Source: Lytechinus pictus
Taxonomy: Eukaryota
DNA length: 64,000 nucleotides
Direction of reading: 5' to 3'
Assembly: GCF_037042905.1 (NCBI RefSeq)
Contig: NC_087252.1
Location: forward strand, 31,744,001-31,808,000
The notes beneath the pieces are model-generated. The model was not told the origin of the DNA and made no database searches. It was given only the letters and a program-made list of their open reading frames with translations. Shown here piece after piece: positions 1 to 13,791 of the stretch. The translations under genes were made by a program, and so were the position numbers. The stretch's first letter is position 1. The number at the start of each line of letters is the position of its first letter.

Positions 1-547
1 TCTCTTTCATCCATCTCACCGTGTTGTGAATGTTGTAAAAAAAAAATTAGTTTTACATTATATTCCAGCTGGAAAGAAACCATTGTTTGCCTCAAGGTTA
101 CCATGGCATTTTGATGATTGAAAATATGTTCATTGAATTACACAGGAGAATAGAGATAATACTTGTACCCTCTACTCTAGGTATCCCAAATCACCTTTTT
201 ATTAATTTAATCATCCTAATGACACAATGCATCATTTCCCATTGAGGGACACATCAATTATCAATGTCCTATATCGTAACGTGCCTCTAGGTGTATTCCC
301 TATGCACCAAATCCCATATGGCAATGGGGTCTGTAGGGAAACACCCTATGTATGTACTTAGTGTACATATAGTTCATTTAAATCTGCCTGAAGCAAACTC
401 CCTCAATTACCATGTTCCAGATATTAATATCTACCTGAAGGGACTTAACTCCTAGTTCATTGACTGGGGTCAATGTTCTCACTTCTGTTCAACTTATAAA
501 GCCTACATGTACATGTATACGGTAAAACATCAAAATCAATTGTAGGT

Positions 548-2919
548 GGTCATTTTCAAACGTGTGTGACACGACAATTGGAGAGAGTTAAGGGCTCATA
601 TCTTTAAACTTAAAGGTTATGAATCAATCATGACTACCCTATTATGTACAATGCAGGACTGGCATGGGCCACTACCAGTTTGATTTGAATTCTACAATTT
701 GTTTAGTAGATATGATTGAAAAATGATGCGTGAGTGACACGACAAATTTTGGACATAGGTTTCTGACCATTATCACTTATGATTGGATTCGTGCCCAAGT
801 AGCGGTCCAGGAGTACTGTGAGTACCCATACATGTACGTAAATAGTGTACCTATCTAGCACATATAGTCAGAATCAATCAAACTTTCTCTATGGAAAATG
901 GTGCCCTCCTATATACCGTGAGTGACACGACATCCAAAACGTGAGTGACACGACAAGTGCAAAAATACAACATTTATCTCAACAACGAAAGTATTTTTGG
1001 CATGATTTACAAGAGTTAAATCCCATCAACCAAAAAACAAGCTTAATTACATACATGTAACACCTGCCTTTTCAAAGTTGATAATGTGTCATCCTAATGA
1101 TTTATTCTTGGTTTATGGTCATATTTGCCCATCAACTCACATTCCCTATACCATACCGTATTATTGTCACACTCTGGCTTCTACCACTCTCCTCTTTGGA
1201 GGAGGAGGCACTTGAAGGAGGTGTTATGTGGTCTTGGCATTGACATCAACTCAAACATTCTTTTTGTGGCCTGATTTCATTCAAAAATTTAACTCTTTAT
1301 CTGTATTCGACAGTTTATGGGTTTACAATTCAGCATCCACAAATGATGAAATATTTTTTCCTTGTAAGAAAGGTATTCTCAATAGTCACTCGCACCATCT
1401 GGCATGGTTTGGTAGCCAATGATGTCATGTATGACTCCTTTTCCTTGAAATATTGGATTACAATATTATCCTCCTTAAATATTTTAGGCCTTGTCCAAAT
1501 AGGACTTGGCAGCTTCAATGTCTTTTTTTTTGTACACTGTACCAAACCACCGTTACTTGGCTGCACACTTCAGATAGATAAATCCGTGAGAAACTTTAAT
1601 AGGGATCAAGTTCAACTCATCAAGCATTGGTTTTCTCCTGAACACTGCTTGTATGTGGACCCCTCCAAAGGCACTGTACCAAAATTCATCAGAAGGAAAG
1701 AGGTTTTTCTGATTTTGAAACAATGTTTGGTGTTCACAGAGATTTCCCTCATACTCTTTTCTACCAAAAGAATATTTTATCTATTTCTGCAAATTTCAAA
1801 ATAAGATCCCTGACCTTGTTACATGTAGCTTTAAACCTTTCTTAATTAGTAAGACAAAGAAATAACATTCCTAAAAAGATAGGTGAACGTTCTGCTCATT
1901 TCCGAAATGGAGACAGAGAATGTTCAAGTCATACCTGACTAACTTGAACCATCGCCAAATCTTTATGCACTATAAATATGTTCATTACTATGTATAGTGG
2001 TTTTCTCTTGATATATTCATAATTTTGTGTTGATTGATTATGTTATATTCTTTTATCTCAGTATATCATTAAAATATGAATTAGGATCCGTGTCTTCACA
2101 CGAATGGAAAGTTGTCAGGATTTTTTAAACTGAGGAAACCATGGAGAGGAAAGAAAATAGATGAACTCAACGTCAAATTCAATATTTCCATTGATAGGGG
2201 TGAAGTTGGGAAAATGGAAAAAATATTAGCCTTTCATAGGCCTAAATGATGTCAGGAACAACATTTTGACTCCATCCCTGAATTTATCTTGTAAAATGCT
2301 TTAAAAATTATTCGATGTCCTTTTTTATACACAATATGAGACCGTGAGTGACACGACATTTCGTGAGTGACACGACATTGTGAGTGACACGACACAACTT
2401 TAACAGTTAATTATAGCTTAACCTTAACACATTGGACCAAGTTACTTTATATACAATAAGGTATGGGAAAACTGTATTTGCTCCTGTACTGGGATAAATT
2501 AATTTTCAGAATACACAGGTCTAGAAAACTTTTTGTCTTTTAAACGTGAGTGACACGACATTCAGTTTTGAAAACTTTAAAGATCTACTTTTTTCAGAAA
2601 AACACTTTAGATAATTTTTTTTCTTATTTAGGAGTTAGATACAAATACAGAACTTGTATCTTACCAACAAATAGGCTTCTAATACAAATTTTATATTGTG
2701 ATAGGCAATATGTGAATTTTAATGCAAAAATCAGCATTTTGTAACATTAAATTTCCCTTGCACTAAATTCACTGTATTTCCAGACAAAATTAATAATTTT
2801 ATGTAACTGAAATGAAAAAACATACTTTGAGATGTCTAGTTTCAAAAACCATTGAAGCCTACTGATTTTGAGCAAGTTTTAATTTTCACCCCCATGTCCA
2901 CTTATGTTTGAAAATGACC
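548..2919. mobile_element. Non-autonomous or decayed DNA transposon with short TIRs and repeated subterminal motif GTGAGTGACACGAC
   Basis: Terminal inverted repeat GGTCATTTTCAAAC at 548, with GTTTGAAAATGACC ending at 2919. Flanks AATTGTAGGT and AGTTGTAGAA resemble a degenerate TSD. About 8 copies of (C)GTGAGTGACACGAC cluster near both ends. Confidence 0.65.
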
Positions 2920-3680
2920 AGTTGTAGAAGTAGTTGACCCCAAATGCCACAACCTTATGATCAATGCAGTATGAACGGAGGTACAGATAGCGTAGAAGCA
3001 ATATGGTTCACAATGTGCTTAGTTCTAAAAAGGACTGCTAGATGGTAGAGTTATAAAATGATAGACTAGTCCTTTAAAGCATGACATTGACGACGCCATA
3101 TTTCACAAAAGCAGGGTGCTACATAAGCACTTGCCCGATTGCCCGGGGCAAGTAAAAGTTATAGTCAGGCAAGTGTTTTGAAGTGAAGACCAAAAACTAC
3201 TTGCCCGAATTGGGCAAGCAAAATTCTCACAGTAGAATGACCAAAATTATGGTCGATATGATATGATAATGATATTGACCCTAATTTTGGTAATGGCAAG
3301 CAAGAAAAAATCACTTTATAAAAAGAAATGCGTCAGTTCATGTTAAAAGTTCATGAAAAGATACTTTCATCTCTCTCTCGCCTTTCGATTTCCACCTCTA
3401 TCATTCCACCATCCAATAGTCATAAATTCAGAACTAACCACTTATACGTACTATAGTAATTGGACATTGTAGCGTGTGACATCACAGATCTTGGCCGCAT
3501 TGCCAATGGGAGAATCTTCATAGCATTAGTGATCTCAACATTCAAATGCTCATTCTTTTGTTCTTTATTATCCATTCGATCGTCCTCAAACTTTCATTGA
3601 TCTGTTTCTTTGATTTTTCTATTTTATATGAATTCAACTGGTTTCAAGGGTTCCATTCTTGAAGCTAAGTTTGAAATCTG

Positions 3681-3950
3681 GGCCACGTCTTACAAAGAGT
3701 TACAATTGATCCAATCAATTTGTAACTCTATAGAAATCCATCAGTGTCATAATTTTTTCTACAGGAAATGTGCACGATGTCCTTTGTAAACAAAGAGAAG
3801 CACAGTGATTTTTCAAGACAACGATGAATGCATGAATATACATCATGCTAGAAAATATTTTGAACAAACATGAATAATAGATGTTGACATTGCTGGCCAT
3901 CCATAGTTGACCTCGATCAGATCAATCGCAACTCTTTGTAAGACGGGGCC
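3681..3950. mobile_element. MITE with GGGCC termini (PIF/Harbinger-like); family also at about 27150-27411 and 50852-51120
   Basis: TIR GGGCCACGTCTTACAAAGAGTT ... AACTCTTTGTAAGACGGGGCCC, with three similar copies in the window. Confidence 0.7.
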
Positions 3951-4610
3951 CAGGTATCGTACTTGATAGGAAATGGTTGGAAGCAATCGTGAAGTGTTTG
4001 TGTACCAGAATGCTTTATTTCGAATGAAAAAAAATTAAAGTAATACAGGCTTGCTTGAAATTATATTAATTTCATATACCATGTGCTTTTACTGGTGTAG
4101 ATAACAAAAAATTAAAAATGTTTGACCACACTATAAATGGATGGGCATTTTTTTTTGCAGTTATTTTTCAGACCTTCATTTTTACCCTGTAATTATGCAT
4201 TTTCCTGAAAAATCGTTTGGCTGCTATCATTTACATATTTTCATATATTTTTGTATAATTCTGTGTAGGTTTGAACATTTCATTTTTCTGTCGTAACCAG
4301 TACCAGACTTTTTCTTTAATCAAACATGTCCAAGAGGGGTGTACTCGCTTCCGTTGGATACTCTACTTTGGGGGACACGTCATTTTCTCCTGCGACATAT
4401 TCTCCGTTCTTAATATCTCAGGGGGCATCAGGTTAGAGTTAGGATTGAATAGAGTGTTTTTCTGAATAATGTAAAGTTTGGTTTAATTAGTTTTGGAGGT
4501 TAGATTTTATGTTTGGTTTAATGTGCAGATTTTTCATTTGAGTAATTGTCGCCAGAGCACGTCTCATGGAACCTTACTTTGATATGATTCTTTCCTGTCT
4601 TCCATAACAG

Positions 4611-7600
4611 ATTTACCTAAGGTCATGGGCCAAGGATTTGGGTGTACCTATCGTCTCGATAGACTACTCATTGGCTCCTGAACAACCCTTCCCTAGAGCT
4701 TTTGAAGAGTGCTTCTTTGCCTACGCATGGGCGGTCAAGAATGCACCGTATCTAGGTAAGCCATTGACTTACGGTGGAAGGCGTTGAGGATTTGTTTGCG
4801 AAAATCGTGAAGGATGCTTCCCCCCACTGGGATGGTGGTGACTATGATGATGTTGAGGATAGTAGTGGTGGNNNNNNNNNNNNNNNNNNNNNNNNNNNNN
4901 NNNNNNNNNNNNNNNNNNNNNNNNNNNNNNNNNNNNNNNNNNNNNNNNNNNNNNNNNNNNNNNNNNNNNNNNNNNNNNNNNNNNNNNNNNNNNNNNNNNN
5001 NNNNNNNNNNNNNNNNNNNNNNNNNNNNNNNNNNNNNNNNNNNNNNNNNNNNNNNNNNNNNNNNNNNNNNNNNNNNNNNNNNNNNNNNNNNNNNNNNNNN
5101 NNNNNNNNNNNNNNNNNNNNNNNNNNNNNNNNNNNNNNNNNNNNNNNNNNNNNNNNNNNNNNNNNNNNNNNNNNNNNNNNNNNNNNNNNNNNNNNNNNNN
5201 NNNNNNNNNNNNNNNNNNNNNNNNNNNNNNNNNNNNNNNNNNNNNNNNNNNNNNNNNNNNNNNNNNNNNNNNNNNNNNNNNNNNNNNNNNNNNNNNNNNN
5301 NNNNNNNNNNNNNNNNNNNNNTTTTGAATAAATTTGTGAATTCTATAGTAATACTGGATCTCTAGTCTTTCAGTTTCCTTGCAGAAATTCGAATCAGCTT
5401 TTTGTTATTTCCCTACATCTTTCGAAATATCCTTCTTGAGCTCTAAGAATATTGAGGGAAGGGGAGATCAGGAATACCATAGTATAATGCAAAAATATTA
5501 ATGTTTGAGCAGGAATGTATCATGAAGCCTATTGTTCTTATTTTTGATGTATCACAGCTTTTAATCACAAGTACTTTTTAATATAGGATCAACATGAGAG
5601 CAAAATGCATTGTACAAATTAAGCTTTACAAATCATCTTTCTAAGGAAAAACACAAACAGCCAATAAGCATTCACCACCTGTGCTGTGGTTTTTAAAAAA
5701 AAATGACTACATCCAAACTTCACTTTCTGTCACAACTATCATTGTTATTCAAACCTTAAATCCGTGAAATTGAATGAAGCAAGATTTAAATGCTAGAATT
5801 CTTGATCAAGCATCCTTGTAGATGAAAACAGGTACATGTACCACTTCAATTGTAAGTTGTCCTCATCAAAGAGCACCCTTCATTGGTAAAATAATCCCAA
5901 AGCCTTACTTATTTCTCGAAGAGACCTTGTAAATAAAAATTTATTCCAGTTGGGCTGCAGTTATGTTGATTAAAATAAGATTCATGGAGCAAGGCTCATA
6001 CCTCGGATTAAATAAGTCTGCATCTCATACTACTTTTTGTTCATAGGATCCACAGGAGAGCATATCTGTCTAGCTGGAGACAGTTCTGGAGGTAACCTTT
6101 GTACAGCCGTAGCCATGAGAGCAGCATCCTACGGCATCCAGGTCCCTGACGGAATTGTCACCATGTATACACCTTTTGTTATTCATCACTCCCCTTCCCC
6201 TTCTAGACTACTGTGCCTTTTTGATCCGCTCTTGCCGTTTGGAGTCTTGATGCGATGTCTCTCCGCCTACGTCGGTCTTAAGGAGGAGTTCATGTCAGAA
6301 GAGAAGGTGTCGACCGTGGTTGACACCGCCAATGATCGCATCCTCGGTTCCCCTAAGAGGTCTTCCATCAAGTCAGAAGAAGGTTCACCTGTTGATGGAG
6401 AGATGGAGAAGAAACTTGAAGAGGAGGAGGAAGAGGAGAATGGTAACAGTACTAAAGTGACCACACCAACGTCGAAGGAAGGCATCAACGGTGATATCAT
6501 CGTTCCACCACCAACGGACACTGTCTCTTCGTTCATGGAGGAAGTCCCTCCAACAGACATTGAGAAGTTAGAGCAAGTCAGTGATGCCATTGACAACGCA
6601 ACGATAGGTCAAGGTGACGGACAAACGGAAACCAATGGTGACCAGTCCAGCACCGAAGCCATTGCAATCTTTGACCCGTCTCATCCTCCAAACTCGGAGG
6701 ATCTTTCAATCAGTCTTCCAGCGGACGTCGATGCCATCTCCTTGGACTCCAAACCTGAAGCAGACCGCGAGTCAGAGGACACCGTGCCGTTATCACCAAA
6801 GAGCAGAGAAGATCTTCACCTTGATTTGAAGGAGGAAGGACTAGTAACGGATGAAGACGTCCAGACTCCTACATCCTTTGTGAATTCACCCATCAGGGTT
6901 TTCAGGGATGCACCTATCATGAGGAATCCTTACGTCTCGCCTCTCTTCTCAGACGAAGAGCTTCTCAAGGGCCTTCCTCCTGTTCATATTATTGTAAGTT
7001 GATTGCTTTCCTGAAACACGTCACCTTCCTTCTTCTCTTCTCCCTGCTCCTCCATCTTTTTCCTTCCTCCAACCAACCTATTCTATCCTCCTCTGGCTTC
7101 TAATAGTTATTGTGTATTCATGAGAGTGAGAAACATAAGCATAAAACTGCATTAAATTTGTATTATACAAATACTCTGTGACGTACATGCATGTAGTTGT
7201 TCACTTATAAAAGTGTCTCTTCTAAATCTTTAATTTGATCGTAACAAGTATGCACTGTAGGAATTCTATTATAATTTAAAATAGGTAGTATTTGGTATTG
7301 CTGATATTTAATCACAGAAAATTATCACTTTTCTCAGATGTTTGTGGGGATTATATACAAAAGCACATTTCAACATATGTTCTTTATTGAAATTGAACAA
7401 TAATGATATCTTGTTTGAATACAAAAGCATTTTCTTTTCCATATATTTTTGACCATTTGAAAAATAGGAACATTTTTCTGTTCTTGCAAATGGAGTATTA
7501 GTTTGTTGTATTAATTCCTGTTTCTTTTATTTTGTGTGTTCCACAGGGCTGCGCTTTAGACCCATTACTGGATGACTCAATCAGCTTTGCTAAGAAGCTT

Positions 7601-7774
7601 CGTGGCATGGGTAAGCCCGTCTTCTTGGAGATCGTCGATCACCTTCCCCACGGCTTTCTAAACTTCTCAACGGTCGGCAAGGAATGTAAAGAGGCGTCCA
7701 TGGTGTGTGTACGCCACATTATGCATGTACTCTATGGTTTCCATGACGATGAGTTTGAAACGCTATCAGAATGA
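4611..7774 (+). CDS. LIPE: Hormone-sensitive lipase (HSL), 3' exons: 4611-4755, 6047-6993, 7547-7774
   Basis: Exons translate to [48 protein letters not shown] (catalytic Ser), SPSRLL..DPLLP, NPYVSPL, LDPLLDD (Asp) and LPHGFL (His). GT-AG junctions are phase-compatible. 5' exons were not found in the window. Confidence 0.92.
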
Positions 7775-8336
7775 GCTGAATCCGACCCAGCGATAAACTG
7801 TCATCTAGTCATTTTAAGATGTTTGTTCATGTTGTGTCAATCTGTCAACTACTGAATTCTCTTTATGTCCGTAGGCTTGATACATGGGCCACTGGGCTTC
7901 AGTCTGTTCAAAGTGTGGCGTTATCATGGGGTATGTGTAACGAAACTGACAAAACCTTGCTTATGATATCCAGAGTGTGGAATTACCAACACAGATATGC
8001 CCAAATGGGGCCATGTATTCTAATCCCAAGGCACAAGTGAACAGAGTCACCCATCTTTCTTTGCTTATTATTCATTGATTCCTAGAAATACGATTAATTT
8101 ATTTAATGGACTGATTAAAGAGATTTAAACTTGGCTCTACTGTGAGCATAGCTGTGTAAAATGGATGAAACTTGCTGTTTTGTATTCTTTTCATGTACTA
8201 AAACCCTATGGATTAATCTTAATGGGCAAAACTCACTGTTGTTTTTCAGAAGGGCTACAAAATGGCTCCAAAGCAGCTATAAAAAGGGGTGAAAACGGCT
8301 ACAAAGCAAGTTGATCAATGTGATCCATGCCTATCT

Positions 8337-8767
8337 CAGACCTGCCAACCAGTATGTTTTAGCCGTATTTAGTACGTTTTTGCAACCAAAATACGGCAGT
8401 ACGTTTTTTCTTTAAAAAATACGTTTTTTTTATTTTATTTTTTTATCGTAATGTATTGAGAAAAATCATCTCTATATGTCTCTATATCATAAAACGTACA
8501 CAAATATGGTTATTAGATCAATGTAACTTCAGGTAACTTTTTTTGTTTTCAATCATTTTGTAAAAACCAGGGTGAGATATACACAAGTTTCAATGGGTTT
8601 TTTTTTTCATCTGCAAGAGCAGTGCGCATTTTAGCTTGCATGCAGCTTGAGCGCCGTGATGGGCGAGTGCGCCAAGCATTTTATTATGAAAGACAGTTTT
8701 TTTGGGGAAAATACAGTTTTTTGTATCACAGAATACAGTTTTTCATTCCCAGAGGTTGGCAGGTGTG
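8337..8767. mobile_element. hAT-like MITE with 6-bp TSD (CTATCT)
   Basis: TIR CAGACCTGCCAACC ... GGTTGGCAGGTGTG, with CTATCT directly flanking both ends. Confidence 0.7.
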
Positions 8768-9761
8768 CTATCTATAAGAGTCTCAGAAATTTCTACATTG
8801 ATGGGTTAAATACTTGAAAGTTAGTCAATATACACTGTATCCCAAATTTTGCCAAGCTTTCCTTCTCATTTGACTTAAACATGCATATCTGATAATGTAC
8901 TGTTGTTTAAACTTGAAGGTAAAATAGTGTTAGTAAAATCAAGGAGGGCATTCACAACTCCTAAAGATCGACTGAAATTGCCATAACTGTGGCAGGCCAA
9001 TGTTTGCTGTCACCATTTTTCACTTACGGATATCTTAGTCACAAATCTAGATATTTATATTTTTGTATTTTTCCAAAGAATAATAAGAAAGAGGATGAAG
9101 GAGTAGAGAAAGAACGGAAGAAGGGGTGAAAATAGAGGAGGGGAAGAGAAGAAAGAAGAGACAGAGAAAGAGAGAGAGAGGGAGACATTCTGGTTAGCCA
9201 ATCATAACAATGCTTGCATTTGGTACATGATGAGTGCAACCAACCAATGGAAATGGAGGTTTCATTAGAGATTGAATTTGTATTTTGATTTGATAAAATA
9301 CATCCCATGCTATTTGTTTTCTCTCCTTCCTATACAGTATACAAAGAATGTATGTTGGAATCTTGTGGTTTCATATTATAAACATTTTACCAAGCAATGA
9401 TGACTCAAGAGAACTTGATGAAGTGATTGAATGTCAATTTATTTCACATTTACAGCTGCCTTCATTATTATTTAATCTCAAATAAAGATGAATATTTTAT
9501 ATATTTATGCATGCATGGAAAATATATCAGAGTAGTACAATCTCATAAAATGTCATAATATATTCATATTTTTACATGATATTTTCTGTATAATTTGGTC
9601 TGTGATATTGAAGGAGTTTATTAATTATATTTGGTTTTGTAAATTTCATTTTCATTTATATTTAAAAGATGCAATCATCGTGTGTATTCTGTTGTAAATC
9701 TCTGGGGATAATTAGGAGCACGCTGCAATCTTGTGTCTTGCAAACAATTAAAAAAAGCTCG

Positions 9762-10383
9762 CAGTCACACCGACAAAAACGACTCTAGGGTCCCGTAACA
9801 CAAAGTTTAGCGATTAATCATACGCTTGATTTTCATGATCAATTGTACATTGTAGTCAGTGCAATCAATTGTTTTTAAAAATGTTCTACGATGATTGCTA
9901 AACTTTGTGTTACGGGCCCCACACCGATTAAAACTATTACATCATTTCAATTTGGTGGATTTACAATACGGTGCGCCACCTATTGGTTGCAGCGGACAGG
10001 CCGAAATTCGTGATGCCTCATGGGAAAAAGTCGACATCTGCTGAGCGCGCTAGTACGTTATGCTGTATGACTCGGACGGTTTGCATGAAATTATTCTGTT
10101 GTACCAGGGTCTAGGAGCTGGGAGAGAAATTCGCTGCAAATTTCTTTGGGAAATTTAGACCATTTTCGGTGAGTTCTTCCTCCGTGTATCATATGGTTTT
10201 CATTTTTGAAGCATCTTTACACCAGCACTATGCACTGGCTGCGCCTGGCCTGTGCGTGATGTCAACCCAAAAGTTAGAAATTGGCCTGTCCGCTGCCAGC
10301 CGATAGATGGCGCACCGTATTGTGAATCCACCGAATTGTCACATCATCGGTCTGTTGGGAGTCGGGTTTCATCAGTGTGACTG
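9762..10383. mobile_element. MITE with long imperfect TIRs and a nested small palindromic MITE (9788-9920)
   Basis: CAGTCACACCGA ... TCAGTGTGACTG termini; inner inverted repeat 9962-10008 / 10277-10324; nested GGGTCCCGTAACACAAAG ... CTTTGTGTTACGGGCCCC. Confidence 0.65.
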
Positions 10384-11511
10384 TGACGTCATATTGTGTT
10401 CTATTTTCGAGATTTTCTTATTTATTGCCTTAAACTATGAGCATTTCTTGATGTACATATTTATTATTTTTATAAGCAGGTTTGTTTATTTTCTCGAATG
10501 TTTGATTTTTATACTAGCAATATGATTGAATGTAAGAGGTGGATGGCCAATAGTCAGAATGTATTCAAACTGAAAGTTAGTGTGGCAAGATAGAACCAGT
10601 AGATATCCCATACTCAAGAGCTTGCAGTATGAAGGGTTAGGATGAATTTGCTTGCCTGATACAGCACCTATAGGGCATGCAGATATCTTTTACTTCCATT
10701 GACATTTACTGTAAGTTATATATAGTTTTGCCATTCCAAATATTCTGAATGTCTGGAATTGCTATTATTATTAAAGATATTTTTTTTTATTTACACAGGC
10801 CATGTTTGGAGCGTATTCCAATGACATGTATTAATGGTAACTCATTAGATTGATAGTAAATCATTTAAACATTACAATTATTTATTAAGTCCATGACAAA
10901 TGATTGAAAAACAAATTATTCATTGAAGGGTCAAAACCCAGGGGTTTCCTACATATTTGAAATACTCAATTCATTGAAATCAACCCATGCTTTGTGTATA
11001 GTAGATTATTATCGGTTTTCTGTAAATATTTCATGCACAACTACTAATTTAGATTGAACTCATCCTGAACATCAGGTGTTTATTATGATTTGTAATTTCT
11101 CACCCTATTTTTGTATCTTATGTATTTTCTATTGGACACAGTTAATGAGGGAGAGGACAGTTGAGATAAAAGTGAATGATCAGGGGGGGGGGGGGGTTCA
11201 TGTGATTCATGATGAACATTTTTTTTTTTCATTTTGATTTTGTGTGTTGGTTGATTACTTTGTTGTATATTTTAAAGCACCTGCAATTTTGTTCTTATGA
11301 AGAAATTACCTTCAAGTATTCAGGAAACAAGCATTTAAGATGGTGTATTGATTTATTCTTTAATTTTTACTCTATTGAAGTGGATGATTAATCGCGAGTT
11401 TCATGTGACATGACCTTGGTTGGGTTTTTTTTTTTTGTGACTGACATCCTCCCAACTCTATCACAGACGATGTAATGCTCAAACAAACCACCTTTTCTCA
11501 AATCTATGTCC

Positions 11512-11543
<32 letters not shown>

Positions 11544-11800
11544 TATAGCATTTGTGAGTGCCATTTATCTAGTTTCTTATTCAATAGTGCACTATATGGC
11601 ACCCCACCTGAAGCTCCAGCTGCTAAAGGCGCTTGATGCAAGGAATTAATCCTACCGGGTACCCATTCACCTCACCTGGGTTGAGTGTAGCACAATCTGG
11701 GTAAATATCTTGCTGAAGGGAAACATGCCATGGCTGAGATTTGAACCAACGTACCTCTGATTGAAAGACGAGATTCGTAACCAATAGACCACGACGCCCC
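11512..11800 (-). mobile_element. tRNA-derived SINE (diverged copy)
   Basis: Homologous to 12583-12880; A/B-box-like head near 11735-11800 and a (TTA)n tail. Confidence 0.75.
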
Positions 11801-12582
11801 ACACCTAAATCCCTTTGCTATGAATTTGACCCCTCTGTTCTGTCAGATTTGATTGGAGTCTATCAGATATATGAACCGTGGTTGCAAGTATCAGTTATCA
11901 AAATTTGACTGTTAAATGCTGCCATGTTCCTGTTGCATAAAAGTACACGTAACTAATACTTACTTTTCCATCCAATTACAACTACTGTAGTAACACTGCT
12001 CAGTATCCAATCAAAAGCGAGGGTTTTGTGGACGAATGGCTAATTTACTCTGGTAGTGCTGTTTAATATGCAATTGGCCAGGTCAGTATCCAACAGGATA
12101 CTTTTCGGTCAGGAAATATGTTTCTTTTTTCCTTGAATTCTGTCCATTCCTAAAGTGTAAATTTATATCACAAGATTGGATTGCTGTGGGGTTTCACAAG
12201 AACCATTATAATTACAAGTTTGCCAACAAAAAAATTATATTGTGTAATAAGATATCAGAGAAGACAGTTATGAGACAAAATAGTTTAATTCCATTTAATT
12301 CTCATACATTATTTATCAAATGTAATTGGCATACCTTGTATATGTATATGGATACATGATACATATACCTGGTAAGACCAAATATATTCCCTCAGATAGG
12401 ATGTTCAATCGAGGTCCTTTGCCCTTTAAGAACCCACTGCACTATTCTTATAAGAGTAGGGGGAAACCATGGTGTAGTGGACCACCTGTACTCCCCCGAT
12501 CAGTTATATCGGGAGGAGAGACCTGCGGGTCATAGTGATTCAGTTCGCTTTTAGCCTCCCAGGCACAGGTGACGCCAAACAA

Positions 12583-12880
12583 ATAATAATAATAATAATA
12601 TAGAGTATTTCTAAAGCGCCAAATCCACATTGATTATGTACTCAAGGCGCTGAAATATACTTGGTATATCATTATCCCGGCTGTAGCTGAGCGGCCATAT
12701 ATAAAGGCGCTAAAGCATTCAAGGAATAAATCCAACCGGGTACCCATTCACCTCACCTGGGTCGAGTGCAGCACAATGTGGATAAATTTCTTGCCGAGGG
12801 AAATTACGCCATGGCTGGGATTCGAACCCACGACCCTCTGTTTCAAAGTCCGAAGACTAATCCACTGGGCCACAACGCTC
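12583..12880 (-). mobile_element. tRNA-derived SINE
   Basis: The minus strand begins GGAGCGTTGTGGCCCAGTGG (A box) ... GGTTCGAATCC (B box), continues into a non-tRNA body and ends in (TTA)n. Confidence 0.85.
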
Positions 12881-13141
12881 CACATAATAATAATAATGAT
12901 AATAAATGTATTCTCATGTGATGATGACAAACTTGTCCTCGTTATGGTTTTGTGAAACCACTCCCTGGTGATAATCTCTTTTGTATTGAAAGTGTGGTGT
13001 GTCAATTGTGGTTCCTCTGTAAGTTGCAATTATGAATAATGATTCTTTTATGATTGTTGTTCATGAGAGTGTGAAACTGTTGTAAGCACTTAACCAATGG
13101 GCCGTTGAAACTGCAAAATGCAGGTAATTGAGGACACACCT

Positions 13142-13791
13142 GGGCCCTGTTGCATAAATCTTATTGATTGATTTTAGGGCAGATTTCTGCAATTGATTGC
13201 ATGGACTATTGGTAGGGGGGGGTCCTAAAGCTGCGCGGGTCCTAAAGCTACGCACCACTCATTGCGCATACAGTTTTTATGGCAAATGCGCACTCTGTGT
13301 GTGGAACTGTGACTGCAGAGTGACGAACGATTCCTATTCAATTTTTTTCTACAGAGGCTGCAGTAAATCTCTAAATGCAGAGAAAACCAACAACTGTTTG
13401 GAATTTTGGAGTTATATTTGCTTAAATTTCATTTTATCCTATAATAATATGAAAATATTTTAAAAATTGAGGCGCAGGAAATACTATTTTTTGGCATGAT
13501 AAATCGAGTGCGTAGCTTTAGGACCCCTTCTACATCGGGTGGCGAAATCAAGAGGTTTTCAGAAAACACGGCGGGATTTTCGTATTAGTGAGTTTTGCGA
13601 TATTTTCTTCATGGTTAATGATCTTTAGAATGTTTGCCACAAATTAGTGAAAGATATTTGTTGAAATATTAAAATTGGGATAGTTTTTATTGTTTGAAAA
13701 CAAAGTGCGTAGCTTTAGGTCCCCCCATCATACATGATCAGTTTTAGATAGCAACCCCATGGTCGATCGCTAACCTTTATGTTACAAAGCC
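13142..13791. mobile_element. Small GGGCC-type MITE interrupted by a second MITE (13215-13726)
   Basis: Outer GGGCCCTGTTGCATAAA ... TTTATGTTACAAAGCCC. Inner GGGGGGTCCTAAAGCTGCGC ... GCGTAGCTTTAGGTCCCCCC with repeated CCTAAAGCTACGCAC motifs. Confidence 0.65.

Noticed and set aside
2341-2395. Short direct repeats resembling a CRISPR array
   Set aside because: The context is eukaryotic, the spacers are only a few bases, and there are no cas genes; these are transposon subterminal motifs.
4774-5365. Long ORFs containing X runs (also 24503-25244 and 26293-26937)
   Set aside because: Artefacts of assembly N-gaps.
12810-12880. tRNA-like sequence
   Set aside because: It continues into a SINE body and tail and has a second diverged copy, so it is a SINE head, not a tRNA gene.
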